NCBI GenBank assembly: GCA_021162685.1
Contig: JAGGYF010000028.1
Location: 9,088-73,087, forward strand
DNA length: 64,000 nucleotides
Direction of reading: 5' to 3'
Origin: Candidatus Iainarchaeum sp.
GTDB lineage: Archaea > B1Sed10-29 > WALL01
The translations under genes were made by a program, and so were the position numbers. Under the pieces are notes generated by a model that searched no databases, had not been told where the DNA came from, and worked only from the letters and a program-made list of their open reading frames with translations. Shown here in pieces: positions 31,151 through 40,670 of the stretch (the first letter of the stretch is position 1; the number at the start of each line of letters is the position of its first letter).

Positions 31151-31923
31151 TGAGGGTAAAGGTTCTTGAAAGCAAGCCAAATAAAGTAAAGCTTCATATA
31201 AGCGGCACAAAACCCGTTATTGTTAACTCTTTAAGAAGGGCAATCCTGGGTCTAGTACCCGCGATGGCAATAACAGAGGTGAACATATACGAAAATACAT
31301 CCGTGATGTTTGATGAATATATTGCGCACAGGCTTGCAATGATTCCACTAACAACAGATTTGAAAACATATAAGATGCCAGAGGAATGCGAGGGAGGTGG
31401 ATATAATACATGTTCTGTTGATTTGAGTTTAGATGTAAGCGGACCAAAGATGGTTTATTCCTCTGATCTCAAAACAACTGACCCAAAAGTAAAACCTGTT
31501 AGTGGAAAGATACCTATTATTGAACTTCAACCAGGGCAACGCCTGAGGCTTGAGGCAAAAGCAACATTGGGTTATCCAGAAGAGCATGTGAGATGGCAGG
31601 TTGGAAACGCAGCATATAGATATGTATTTAACGTGAAGATAGGAAAGGAATGTGAGAACTGTCTTGAATGTGTTAAAGCGTGTCCAAAAAAGGTATTAAA
31701 GAAAGGAAGTAAGAAAATAGAGGTCGCAAATCCGCTAGAATGCAATGGATGTGGCATATGCAAAGAGGTATGCAAAAAGGGCGCCATTGAAATAATACCA
31801 GACACAACATCATTCATATTCACCATAGAGACAAACGGGCAGATGAGTGCGAGGGACGCACTTAACACAGCAGTAAGTGCACTCCAGAAAAAGGTCTCAG
31901 AGATGAGAGAGATAATGAAATAA
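31150..31923 (+). CDS. rpoD: DNA-directed RNA polymerase subunit D (Rpo3) with ferredoxin-like insert
   Basis: NSLRRAI; ENTSVMFDEYIAHRLAMIPL; CENCLEC/CNGCGIC. Confidence 0.95.
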   Translation: MRVKVLESKPNKVKLHISGTKPVIVNSLRRAILGLVPAMAITEVNIYENTSVMFDEYIAHRLAMIPLTTDLKTYKMPEECEGGGYNTCSVDLSLDVSGPKMVYSSDLKTTDPKVKPVSGKIPIIELQPGQRLRLEAKATLGYPEEHVRWQVGNAAYRYVFNVKIGKECENCLECVKACPKKVLKKGSKKIEVANPLECNGCGICKEVCKKGAIEIIPDTTSFIFTIETNGQMSARDALNTAVSALQKKVSEMREIMK

Positions 31924-31925
31924 AT

Positions 31926-32044
31926 GCGGGGGTGCCGGAGCCTCCCTCGTGCCTTCATTGGCACGAAGGCTCAAGTGGTCAAACGGGCAGGATTGAGGGT
32001 CCTGTGGCTTAGTGCCTGCGCGAGTTCGAAGCTCGTCCCCCGCA
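31926..32044 (+). tRNA. tRNA-Leu(GAG) with D-loop intron (~31944-31974)
   Basis: GCGGGGG/CCCCCGC acceptor; CAGGA-TTGAGGG-TCCTG; variable arm; BHB-shaped hairpin insert in D arm. Confidence 0.9.
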
Positions 32045-32241
32045 CTGACCAAATTACATATGGTCGTTCGTGGTGGGATACAAGATCCCACTTACAGCAG
32101 GAGGGGGTGTGGAATCCGAGGGTTTCCAGGGGGAACCTGGGTTCCCCATAAAGGACGCTCTGACCAAATTACATATGGTCGTTCGTGGTGTGGCATAAAG
32201 CCACACTATTAGAGGGGGATGTGCCCCCATAAAGGACGCTC
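32045..32241 (+). repeat. tRNA-linked structured repeat element, tandem copies B1 (32045-32159) and B2 (32160-32241)
   Basis: Both start CTGACCAAATTACATATGGTCGTTCGTGGTG and end CCCCATAAAGGACGCT with differing internal hairpins. Confidence 0.9.
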
Positions 32242-32273
32242 TTCGAAGCTCGTCCCCCGCACTGACCAAATTA
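32242..32273 (+). repeat. 32-bp direct duplicate of tRNA-Leu 3' end plus flank (att-like)
   Basis: TTCGAAGCTCGTCCCCCGCACTGACCAAATTA identical to 32025-32056. Confidence 0.95.
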
Positions 32274-32320
32274 AACAACCTAGAAAATCCGAGTCCGAAA
32301 GGGCGTAAGGAGGTATTGGG

Positions 32321-32617
32321 ATGATATCAAAAAAGATTGCGAAGACAAAACTTGGAAAGGAAATAAAGAAACGCATGGAAAAGAGCAGAAAGAACAAGGC
32401 AGAAGTAAACATAGGTAAGATTGCGAAGTATACAAAAAAAGGCGATAAGGTTGTGGTCGTTGGAAAGGTCCTGGGCATGGGTAGTATAAGTCATGCTGTA
32501 ACTGTTGCTGCTCTAGCCTTTTCAAAATCTGCAAAAGAAAAGATAGAGAAGGCAGGGGGAAAAGCGATCCGTATACATGAACTTGAAGAAACAAAGGGAG
32601 TTAAATTGATGGCATGA
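32321..32617 (+). CDS. rpl18e: 50S ribosomal protein eL18 (short N-terminus)
   Basis: AEVNIGKI..VVVGKVLG..FSKSAKEKI. Confidence 0.93.
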   Translation: MISKKIAKTKLGKEIKKRMEKSRKNKAEVNIGKIAKYTKKGDKVVVVGKVLGMGSISHAVTVAALAFSKSAKEKIEKAGGKAIRIHELEETKGVKLMA

Positions 32618-32626
32618 GGTGTTGTT

Positions 32627-33064
32627 ATGAAGGTCATAGATGCAGACGGGCTTGTGCTTGGAAGGCTTGCAAGTAATGTTGCTAAGATGCTGCTCAATGG
32701 AGAAAAGGTTGTTATAGTGAACGCAGAAAAGGCAGTGATCACTGGAAGGAGAGATGATATATTTGAGAAATATAAGCAACGCATTGACAGAGCAGATAGA
32801 GCAAATCCCAGGAGAGGGCCAAAGTTTCCAAAGGTTCCAGATAGGCTTGTAAAGAGAACAATAAGGGGAATGGTTGGATATAGAACAAAACGTGGAAAAA
32901 GAGCATTAAGGGCATTGAAGGTGTATATAGGTGTACCAAAAGAGTTTGATGGTAAAGCAGAGGACATCAAAAATATAAAAAAGGCTGGTAAGGATGTTAG
33001 AGGCATTCGCGTTGGAGAATTATGTAAGATGCTTGGATGGAAAAACCCATTAGGAGGAAGATAG
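32627..33064 (+). CDS. rpl13: 50S ribosomal protein uL13
   Basis: IDADGLVLGRLAS; NAEKAVITG; RTIRGM. Confidence 0.97.
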   Translation: MKVIDADGLVLGRLASNVAKMLLNGEKVVIVNAEKAVITGRRDDIFEKYKQRIDRADRANPRRGPKFPKVPDRLVKRTIRGMVGYRTKRGKRALRALKVYIGVPKEFDGKAEDIKNIKKAGKDVRGIRVGELCKMLGWKNPLGGR

Positions 33065-33065
33065 G

Positions 33066-33491
33066 ATGGCGAGAAAGAAAGCAGATATACTGACAAAAGC
33101 AAAGAAAAAAACAGCAATAGCAAGAGCTGTGATAAAAAAGGGTACAGGAAATATACGAATTAATTCAAAATCCATTGACACAATAACTGATGAGATGGTC
33201 AGAGATGAGATAATGATTCCTTTTAAGATTGCATCAAATATATTGGGCGAAGGGTTTGAGGATAACATTGATATTTATGTTAACGTCAGAGGCGGAGGAG
33301 TAATGGGGAGAGCAGAAGCAGTAAAATCAGCAATAGCAAGAGCAATAGTAAAATACACAAATAATGATAAGTTGAAGGATGCATTCCTTTCGTATGACAG
33401 GCATCTTCTCGTAGATGATGTAAGGAGGAAGGAGCCAAAGAAGGCGTTAAGGAAAGGAGCAAGGGCAAAATATCAGAAGAGTTATAGGTGA
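33066..33491 (+). CDS. rps9: 30S ribosomal protein uS9
   Basis: KKKTAIARA; VRGGG; [10 protein letters not shown]. Confidence 0.97.
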   Translation: MARKKADILTKAKKKTAIARAVIKKGTGNIRINSKSIDTITDEMVRDEIMIPFKIASNILGEGFEDNIDIYVNVRGGGVMGRAEAVKSAIARAIVKYTNNDKLKDAFLSYDRHLLVDDVRRKEPKKALRKGARAKYQKSYR

Positions 33492-33495
33492 TGTT

Positions 33496-33690
33496 ATGCA
33501 TATACCAGTAAGATGTTTTACATGTGGAAAATTGATAGGACATAAATGGGAAGAATTTAAGAAAAGAGTTGATAAAGGGGAGGATCCAGAGAAGGTGTTG
33601 GATAGTCTTGGATTTGATAGATACTGCTGCAGAAGAATGTTCATAAGCCATGTTGAGGTGATGGATGAGATAAAGAAATACCCAAGATAA
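33496..33690 (+). CDS. rpoN: RNA polymerase subunit N (Rpo10)
   Basis: [10 protein letters not shown]; RYCCRRM. Confidence 0.97.
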   Translation: MHIPVRCFTCGKLIGHKWEEFKKRVDKGEDPEKVLDSLGFDRYCCRRMFISHVEVMDEIKKYPR

Positions 33691-33718
33691 CATCCCTCCC
33701 CCTTCGGATCAATGAGAA

Positions 33719-33791
33719 GGGGCCGTAGGGTAGCTTGGTATCCTACCAGCTTGGGGTGCTGGCAACCCGAGTTCAAATCTCGGCGGCCCCA
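33719..33791 (+). tRNA. tRNA-Pro(GGG)
   Basis: GGGGCCG/CGGCCCC; CCAGC-TTGGGGT-GCTGG; GTTCAAATC; conserved location after rpoN. Confidence 0.95.
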
Positions 33792-33859
33792 CTGGTATTT
33801 CATGCTAATCTCCCTGGTTTGTTTTTTGAAAGCGATGGGGAGTTAAAAGAGGTGTAAAA

Positions 33860-34543
33860 ATGCCTGAAACCAAAAAGAAAAAAGTGATGAAAAAGAAAAT
33901 TACAAAAAAAATAGTGAAAAAAACTGAAGGTGAGGAAAAGCCACAGGAAGAATATCTTGTGCCAATAGATGAATATCTGAAAGCAGGTATACACATAGGT
34001 TCGCAATACAAAACAGGTGATATGCGGCCATACATATACAAGACAAGGCAAGATGGGCTTCATGTTCTTGATATAAAAACAATTGACAAAAGGATCAGAC
34101 TTGCTGCAAACTTCTTGGCAAACTATGAACCATCAAAGATACTTGTTGTTGCTGGAAGGGTATACGCAAGAACACCCGCAAGAAGATTTGCTGAGAATGT
34201 TGGGTGCTTACTATCAACAAAGCGCTTTGTCCCAGGTACATTGACAAATCCGAATAATCCAAACTTTGTTGAGCCAGATGTTGTTCTTGTCTCAGACCCT
34301 GGCGTGGATAGACAGGTTATAAGAGAGGCAAAGAAAGTCAGGATCCCTGTTGTTGCATTTTGCGACACAAACAACTTATTAAAAAACATTGACTTCTGCG
34401 TACCATTGAATAATAAGGGGAAGAAGGCGCTTGCGCTTGCGTACTGGCTTCTAGCAAGGGAACTCATGCTGAAGAAAGGGATAATATCCAACAGAACCGA
34501 TTTCAGGGAGACATTAGAGTCATTTGAGGCATCAGGTAAGTAA
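33860..34543 (+). CDS. rps2: 30S ribosomal protein uS2
   Basis: YLKAGIHIG; RFVPGTLTN; NNKGKKAL. Confidence 0.97.
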   Translation: MPETKKKKVMKKKITKKIVKKTEGEEKPQEEYLVPIDEYLKAGIHIGSQYKTGDMRPYIYKTRQDGLHVLDIKTIDKRIRLAANFLANYEPSKILVVAGRVYARTPARRFAENVGCLLSTKRFVPGTLTNPNNPNFVEPDVVLVSDPGVDRQVIREAKKVRIPVVAFCDTNNLLKNIDFCVPLNNKGKKALALAYWLLARELMLKKGIISNRTDFRETLESFEASGK

Positions 34544-34544
34544 C

Positions 34545-35312
34545 ATGCGAAGAGAACCTGTTGTTGCAGGCCAGTTCTATCCTTTTTCAGAGGACGCATT
34601 GAGAAAGATGATTGAAGAGTATGTAAGCCAAGGTGAACCAGAAAAGGATGTAATTGCTGCTGTTTCTCCACATGCTGGATACATGTATTCTGGTCCTGTT
34701 GCTGGTTTCACATATGCGGCAATCTCAGAAATGAAACCAAAGGTTATAGCCATTATTGGCCCGGACCACACTGGCGCAGCGATGAACAGAACATATTGCT
34801 ATCCAGATGGGGAATGGGAAACTCCACTGGGAGTGGTAGAAACTGTTGCGATGGATGGTATTGAAGTAAATGAGAACGCACATGCATTTGAACATTCTAT
34901 TGAGGTGCAAGTACCATTCCTGCAGTATATATACAAACACAACTTCAAGATCTCTCCGATTATTATGGGCAACCAAAGCTTGGATGAAGCATTACTTGTT
35001 GGAGAGAGAATAAGGGCAGACCTTGTTATAGCATCGTCTGATTTCTCACATTATGTTCCGTACGACACAGCAGTGAAAAACGACTTATACGCAATAGAAG
35101 CAGTTGAAAGAATGGATGAAAAATTGTTTTACGAGCGCATATATGAAAAGAATGTTACAGCATGTGGATATGGTCCTATAACTGCTGCAATGCATTACGC
35201 AAAATTAAACAGGGCAAAACAGGGCAAACTTCTGAAGTATGCAACATCTGGTGATGTAACAGGGGACAAAGGAGCAGTTGTGGGATATGCATCCATAATA
35301 TTCAAAAGATGA
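34545..35312 (+). CDS. MEMO1/AmmeMemoRadiSam protein B family
   Basis: REPVVAGQFYP; PHAGYMYSG; EHSIEVQVPFLQ; SSDFSHY; VVGYAS. Confidence 0.92.
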   Translation: MRREPVVAGQFYPFSEDALRKMIEEYVSQGEPEKDVIAAVSPHAGYMYSGPVAGFTYAAISEMKPKVIAIIGPDHTGAAMNRTYCYPDGEWETPLGVVETVAMDGIEVNENAHAFEHSIEVQVPFLQYIYKHNFKISPIIMGNQSLDEALLVGERIRADLVIASSDFSHYVPYDTAVKNDLYAIEAVERMDEKLFYERIYEKNVTACGYGPITAAMHYAKLNRAKQGKLLKYATSGDVTGDKGAVVGYASIIFKR

Positions 35313-35362
35313 AAATGTGTTGATTGTCGTAATCATGTTTTTATATCAGCGAGGTTATAAAG

Positions 35363-36316
35363 ATGAAAATGCGAGATTTTATGGCCTCTGCGCCTGGAAA
35401 AGTGATATTGCTTGGAGAGCATGCTGTTGTCTATAATAGACCTGCTATAGCTGTGCCTGTAAATGCGGTGGAAGCAACATCAGAGGTTTCATATAGAGAG
35501 GGTGGCGTTTTTGTAAAGGCTCTGGACTTTGCTAAGGAGTATGATATTACAAAGAGGCCATTGAAAGAGGGAGATGATGGATTCGCATTGCAGGAGACAG
35601 TATACCACACATATGAATACTTACAGAAAAGGCCAGAGGACGTAGAGATAAGGGTTACATCAACCATACCCGTTGCCGCAGGCATGGGTTCTGGTGCTGC
35701 TATTGCTGTTTCAATGATCAGAGCAATTGCTGGATATCTGAAGAAGGAACTATTACCAGAGGAGGTCAATTATCTTGCGTATAAAACAGAGATCATACAC
35801 CATGGTACTCCATCGGGTATTGACAATACAGTAATCACATACAATAAACCCGTATATTTCATAAGCGAACCTAGGAAGATGGAACGATTGGACATAGCAA
35901 AACCATTTATGCTTGTTATTGGTGATACGGGAATAAGATCAAATACAAAAGAAGTTGTTGCAATGGTGAGAGAGAACAGAAAAAAGAATTACAGCAAATA
36001 TAAACAGATATGGAATGAGATCGCAGATATAGTTAATGAAGCAAGGGATGCGATCATAAATGGAGACATAGAACATATCGGTCCACTAATGAACAGGAAT
36101 CATGAACTACTAAAACAAATACATGTTTCCTGTGATGAGCTGGATAAACTTGTAGATGCTGCATTAGATGCTGGAGCAATAGGTGCAAAACTTTCTGGCG
36201 CTGGAAGAGGAGGAGATATGATTGCACTGGTGAATGAAGGCACAAAAGAAGATGTGGCAAATGCCCTGCGTAGAGCAGGGGCAAAAAATGTAATTATCAC
36301 AGAGGTAAAACCATGA
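35363..36316 (+). CDS. mvk: Mevalonate kinase
   Basis: SAPGKVILLGEHAVVY; PVAAGMGSGAA; HGTPSGIDN; KLSGAGRGG. Confidence 0.93.
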   Translation: MKMRDFMASAPGKVILLGEHAVVYNRPAIAVPVNAVEATSEVSYREGGVFVKALDFAKEYDITKRPLKEGDDGFALQETVYHTYEYLQKRPEDVEIRVTSTIPVAAGMGSGAAIAVSMIRAIAGYLKKELLPEEVNYLAYKTEIIHHGTPSGIDNTVITYNKPVYFISEPRKMERLDIAKPFMLVIGDTGIRSNTKEVVAMVRENRKKNYSKYKQIWNEIADIVNEARDAIINGDIEHIGPLMNRNHELLKQIHVSCDELDKLVDAALDAGAIGAKLSGAGRGGDMIALVNEGTKEDVANALRRAGAKNVIITEVKP

Positions 36317-36867
36317 GGATTATTGTGGGAATTACAGGTGCATCTGGAAGCATTATAGGAAAGAGGATACTTGAAGTGCTAAAAGAAAAAGATATTGAAA
36401 CACATTTGGTTATAACAGATGCTGGAAAAACCACCATGAGTTATGAAATCGGTGATGTCAGAACAGTGGAGGAACTAGCAACAAAGACCTATGATATAAA
36501 TGATATAGGCGCTGCTATTGCAAGTGGTTCATTTGAAACTCAGGGTATGATTGTTGCTCCATGCTCAATGAAAACAATGTCTGCAATAGCAAATGGCTTT
36601 GAAATAAACCTTCTGGTAAGGGCAGCAGATGCCTGCCTAAAACAGAGGAGGAGACTGATTCTCGTACCAAGGGAAACACCAATAATAAAAAGTTATGCAG
36701 AGAACATGGTAAAATGCCTTGAACTAGGAGCCATAGTTGTTCCGCCTATGGTACCATATTACGAAAAGCCTAAGACTGTTGACGAGATAACAGATTTCTT
36801 TGTGGGGAGAGTATTGGACTTCTTTGGGATTGAACATAGCTTATACAAAAAATGGGGTGGACTATGA
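36313..36867 (+). CDS. ubiX: Flavin prenyltransferase
   Basis: GITGASG; IASGS; APCSMKT; RAAD..LK..RETP. Confidence 0.93.
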   Translation: MRIIVGITGASGSIIGKRILEVLKEKDIETHLVITDAGKTTMSYEIGDVRTVEELATKTYDINDIGAAIASGSFETQGMIVAPCSMKTMSAIANGFEINLLVRAADACLKQRRRLILVPRETPIIKSYAENMVKCLELGAIVVPPMVPYYEKPKTVDEITDFFVGRVLDFFGIEHSLYKKWGGL

Positions 36868-37499
36868 AAGCCATTGTATTTGACATAGATGGTGTGCTTG
36901 TGGATACTGTAGGCAGCTTCTATACTGCATACAATGAAGCTATGAAAAGTGTTGGGAGTTACATTACAGAAAAGGAGTACCTTGATAGGGTTCACCTGCA
37001 AGGCTATAAAATATTTGAAGAGATTCTGAAGATTAGAGGGATTGAAGCAGATGCAAAAGAGTTGAATCATTTGAAAAATAAGATTGTCAATAATATGCTT
37101 AAGAATGCAAAACTGAAAAAAGGTGTTAATGAAATATTGAAAATGTTGAGTGAAAACAATATTAAGTATTGTATTGCAACAGCATCAGAACGTGAACAAA
37201 CTGAAATCATATTAAATGCTGTTGGCATTTCACATCTATTTCCCATAGTTGTGACTGCAAGTGATACTGAAGATGATGATGTAAAACCAAATATATATTA
37301 CATTGCAGCAGATAGACTTAAAGAACCAATAGAAAATTGCGTATTGGTTGAGGATTCACTGCATAATATCAAAGTGGGAAAATCTATAGGCATGGGCTGC
37401 ATTGGTGTCATTGGCAAATATTCAAAAGAAGGACTAAAAGAGGCTGCAGACTATGTTGTAGGACATGTTGGAGAGATAAAAACGGAGTGGTTAAGATGA
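36864..37499 (+). CDS. HAD-superfamily phosphatase (IA type)
   Basis: FDIDGVLVDT; KP; VEDS. Confidence 0.88.
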   Translation: MKAIVFDIDGVLVDTVGSFYTAYNEAMKSVGSYITEKEYLDRVHLQGYKIFEEILKIRGIEADAKELNHLKNKIVNNMLKNAKLKKGVNEILKMLSENNIKYCIATASEREQTEIILNAVGISHLFPIVVTASDTEDDDVKPNIYYIAADRLKEPIENCVLVEDSLHNIKVGKSIGMGCIGVIGKYSKEGLKEAADYVVGHVGEIKTEWLR

Positions 37500-38704
37500 A
37501 CCTAACAAAAGAAGAACAGAAAATGCTTGATGGAGAATATGGAGAGGGTGTACAAAAAGCAATGGAAATCATTGTTGCCCTTGGGAAGATTTATGGCGCT
37601 GAAAATTTGGTAGAAGTTGCATCAGTCCAAGTGGCAGGAGTCTCCTACAAGAATCTGGGAGATGCAGGCATTGAATTTTTAGAGGAGTGGGCATCAAAGG
37701 GGGCCAAGGTCAAAGTGCCAACAACATTGAACCCAGCAGGCATGGACCTTGATGACTGGAAAAGCATTGGATTTGCAGAGGAATTTGCTGATAAGCAATT
37801 AGAGGTTATTAAAGCATTTAGTAAAATGGGTATCCCACCGACATGCACATGCACGCCATATCTTGCTGGTAATATCCCAAAATTTGGCGACCATATCGCA
37901 TGGGCTGAGAGTTCTGCTGTCTCATTTGCAAACTCTGTCATAGGTGCTAGAACAAATAGAGAAGGAGGACCATCTGCTATTGCAGCAGCAGTAACAGGAA
38001 GAACAGCAAATTTTGGGTATCATCTTGATGAAAACAGGGTGGCAACATTTAAGATCATTGTTGAAGCAGACATGAAAGATACAAGTGATTTTGGTGCATT
38101 GGGGTACTGGACAGGAAAACAATTGCGTAATAAAGTGCCTTTCTTTGTTGGTATAAAACACGCTACTACTGATTGCCTAAAATCGCTTGGCGCTGCCTCT
38201 GCTGCTAGTGGAGGTATTGCTCTGTACCATATTGAAAATATAACAGCTGAAGCAAGAGCAAAAGCAATGCTCAGCGATGACCATGAAACAGTCACATTTA
38301 CAGATAAAGAGAAAAGAGATGTATTTGAAGCCATTGGCTTTTCTGAATCAGAAATAGACCTTGTTGTCTTTGGGTGCCCACATGCAAGTCTTGAAGAAGT
38401 GAGAACAATCGCAGAACGTGTAAAAGGAAAAAAACTCAAAGCAATGTTATGGATAACAACTTCAAAGCAAGTAAAATCTATGGCTGAGAGGATGGGTCTT
38501 GTAAAGGATATAGAGGACGCTGGGGGTTATATCATAGCTGACATGTGCGCTGTTGTTGCTCCGGTAAAGTCGTTTGGGTTCAAGAACATAGCTGTAAATT
38601 CCGGAAAATATGCGTGGTATCTTCCAAACCAAGGCTTTAATGTAAGGTTTGGCTCAACAGAAAAGTGCATAGAAGCAGCAATAACAGGAAGGTGGGAACC
38701 ATGA
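37487..38704 (+). CDS. Aconitase X catalytic subunit (phosphomevalonate dehydratase large subunit)
   Basis: GVSYKNLG; TTLNPAG; TCTCTPY; AESSAV..NSV.GARTNREGG; GCPH. Confidence 0.9.
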   Translation: MVKMNLTKEEQKMLDGEYGEGVQKAMEIIVALGKIYGAENLVEVASVQVAGVSYKNLGDAGIEFLEEWASKGAKVKVPTTLNPAGMDLDDWKSIGFAEEFADKQLEVIKAFSKMGIPPTCTCTPYLAGNIPKFGDHIAWAESSAVSFANSVIGARTNREGGPSAIAAAVTGRTANFGYHLDENRVATFKIIVEADMKDTSDFGALGYWTGKQLRNKVPFFVGIKHATTDCLKSLGAASAASGGIALYHIENITAEARAKAMLSDDHETVTFTDKEKRDVFEAIGFSESEIDLVVFGCPHASLEEVRTIAERVKGKKLKAMLWITTSKQVKSMAERMGLVKDIEDAGGYIIADMCAVVAPVKSFGFKNIAVNSGKYAWYLPNQGFNVRFGSTEKCIEAAITGRWEP

Positions 38705-39087
38705 TTGAATTGCATGGAAGAATTGTAAAGAGGGGTGCTGCAGAAGGAATCGCGCTCGTATCAAATGAACCTATTGGATTCTATGGTAATATTGACCCAG
38801 ACACAGGAATCGTCATAGAAAAAGGACATCCTCTTGAAGGGCAATGTATTGCTGGAAAGGTTCTTGTTTTCCCGACAGGAAAAGGGAGTACTGTTGGTTC
38901 TTATACCATGTACAGACTAAAGAAGAATGGAAAAGCTCCTATAGCAATAATAAATGAGGAGAGTGAACCCATAATCGCCGTTGGTGCTATAATATCAGAT
39001 ATACCACTAGTTGACAAGGTAGATATCTCAAAAATAAGGACAGGAGACAAGGTCAAAATTGACGGGGAGGTCGTTCGCATTGAGTGA
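38701..39087 (+). CDS. Aconitase X swivel subunit (DUF126; phosphomevalonate dehydratase small subunit)
   Basis: GKVLVFPTGKGSTVGSY; GAIISDIPLVD. Confidence 0.9.
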   Translation: MIELHGRIVKRGAAEGIALVSNEPIGFYGNIDPDTGIVIEKGHPLEGQCIAGKVLVFPTGKGSTVGSYTMYRLKKNGKAPIAIINEESEPIIAVGAIISDIPLVDKVDISKIRTGDKVKIDGEVVRIE

Positions 39088-40666
39088 ATTGGTGCTTTTG
39101 AAACTTGGTGGTTCCCTCATAACGGATAAAACAAAACCAGAGACAGCAAGGGTTGATGTAATAAGAAGGATTGCACAAGAGATAAAGAGAGCATTAACCA
39201 AGAGGGGAGATATAAAGTTAATTATAGGACATGGTGGTGGTTCATTTCCTCACTATCCTGCAAAGAGGTATAGAGTGAATGAGGGGATAATAAACAAGGA
39301 TTCATGGAGAGGGTTTGCTGAGACAAGAGCAGCAGCATCAAAGCTGAATCAGATTGTTACAGAGATATTTCTTGAGGAAGGGCTGGATGTAGTATCACTA
39401 CAACCGAGTTCATCTGTTCTCTGTGAAAATGGGGTTATAGTGCATATGGACCTGAGGCAGATAAAATTCCTCATAGATAGACATCAGATCCCGGTAACCT
39501 ATGGTGATGCTGTTTTGGACAGAGAAAAAGGATGTACAATTGTGTCAACAGAGGCACTGTTTGACTATATTGCACGAAAGCTTTTTCCAGATAGGATAAT
39601 ACTAGCAGGAGAGGTTGAGGGCGTCTATGATTCAGACCCGCATAAAAATCCAAATGCAAAACTTATTCCGGAGATAACAAACAAGAACTTTGAAAAAATC
39701 AAAAAGATGCTCACTGGTTCACATGGTTATGATGTAACAGGCGGCATGGCAACAAAAATAGAGAGCATGTATAACCTGTTACATATTCTCCCATCAATGA
39801 AGGTGCAGATTATATCCGGAAAAATTCCAGGTGTTATTGAGAAAGCAATTGTTGGAAGAGAACACATCGGAACAATTATGAGATACTTGGGAAAGAGCAA
39901 GATACCTAAGATAATTGTTGTTGAGGTTAATGGCATTATTGTAAAAAATGGCTTTAAGCCGTGGAAAGAAGCATTAACTATGATGGTAGAAAGAGGAGAT
40001 ATACCGCGAGATGCATGGGAGAGAGAAATAAAGCCAATTGTTGATGGATATCTATCAAAGAAGATAGATAGAGATGAAGCAGTGAAACTTGTTATGATGG
40101 GCGTTGCAAAGGCACTGAAAGGAAAACCATACAAAGAGATAGAAGGAGTGATAAACAAAACAATGGAGAAGGTTAGGCAGAACTATGATCCATTTGTGAT
40201 AGATATGCTGAAATATGCAAAGAATGAAAGAGGTTATAAGCTGGCAACAATCTCAGCAAATTTTTATGACATTGCAAAACATATTGCCAAGGATATTGGC
40301 GCAGAATATGTTTATGATACTACACTTGGCGTCAAAAACGGAAAACTTACAGGAACATTAAAGGGAGAATTCATGACATCCGTTGGAAAGTTGTGGGCAG
40401 TGAGAGACCTCATGGAGAGAGCAAAATGTGTGAAGGAACGTATGATATACATAGGTAATAGGATATCAGATTGGAAAGCAATGAACGAATGCGGCATTAG
40501 CATACTATACAAACCAGATTTGAGTGTAAAGGCAGAAAAAACACTTGAAGAAAAGGAGTGGATTAAGGAGATACTAAAAGTCATGAGGACAAATGAGTTG
40601 AGCAACCTGATTGTGATATCAAACAAATCAGACACAAAAAAACTGAAGGAGATCATAGATAGGTGA
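39080..40666 (+). CDS. ipk: Isopentenyl phosphate kinase fused to degenerate HAD (SerB-like) domain
   Basis: KLGGSLITDK; HGGGSFPH; DVTGGM; C-terminal VVEVNG..ISA..GKLTG..GK..YIGN..SD. Confidence 0.85.
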   Translation: MSELVLLKLGGSLITDKTKPETARVDVIRRIAQEIKRALTKRGDIKLIIGHGGGSFPHYPAKRYRVNEGIINKDSWRGFAETRAAASKLNQIVTEIFLEEGLDVVSLQPSSSVLCENGVIVHMDLRQIKFLIDRHQIPVTYGDAVLDREKGCTIVSTEALFDYIARKLFPDRIILAGEVEGVYDSDPHKNPNAKLIPEITNKNFEKIKKMLTGSHGYDVTGGMATKIESMYNLLHILPSMKVQIISGKIPGVIEKAIVGREHIGTIMRYLGKSKIPKIIVVEVNGIIVKNGFKPWKEALTMMVERGDIPRDAWEREIKPIVDGYLSKKIDRDEAVKLVMMGVAKALKGKPYKEIEGVINKTMEKVRQNYDPFVIDMLKYAKNERGYKLATISANFYDIAKHIAKDIGAEYVYDTTLGVKNGKLTGTLKGEFMTSVGKLWAVRDLMERAKCVKERMIYIGNRISDWKAMNECGISILYKPDLSVKAEKTLEEKEWIKEILKVMRTNELSNLIVISNKSDTKKLKEIIDR

Positions 40667-40670
40667 AAGG

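Noticed and set aside
32045-32241. Hammerhead or HDV-like (theta) ribozyme identity for the tRNA-linked element
   Set aside because: CTGACCA does not fit CUGANGA, no GAAA core is placed correctly, and I could not build the HDV nested double pseudoknot by eye; left open for a covariance search
32045-32273. CRISPR array
   Set aside because: Only 2-3 repeats, the intervening segments are homologous, self-folding and of unequal length, and there are no cas genes in the window
31897-32278. Short ORFs over tRNA-Leu and the repeat (also 12332-12539, 59014-59468, 61146-61438, 63591-63860)
   Set aside because: They overlap structured RNA genes and are artefacts of high GC content
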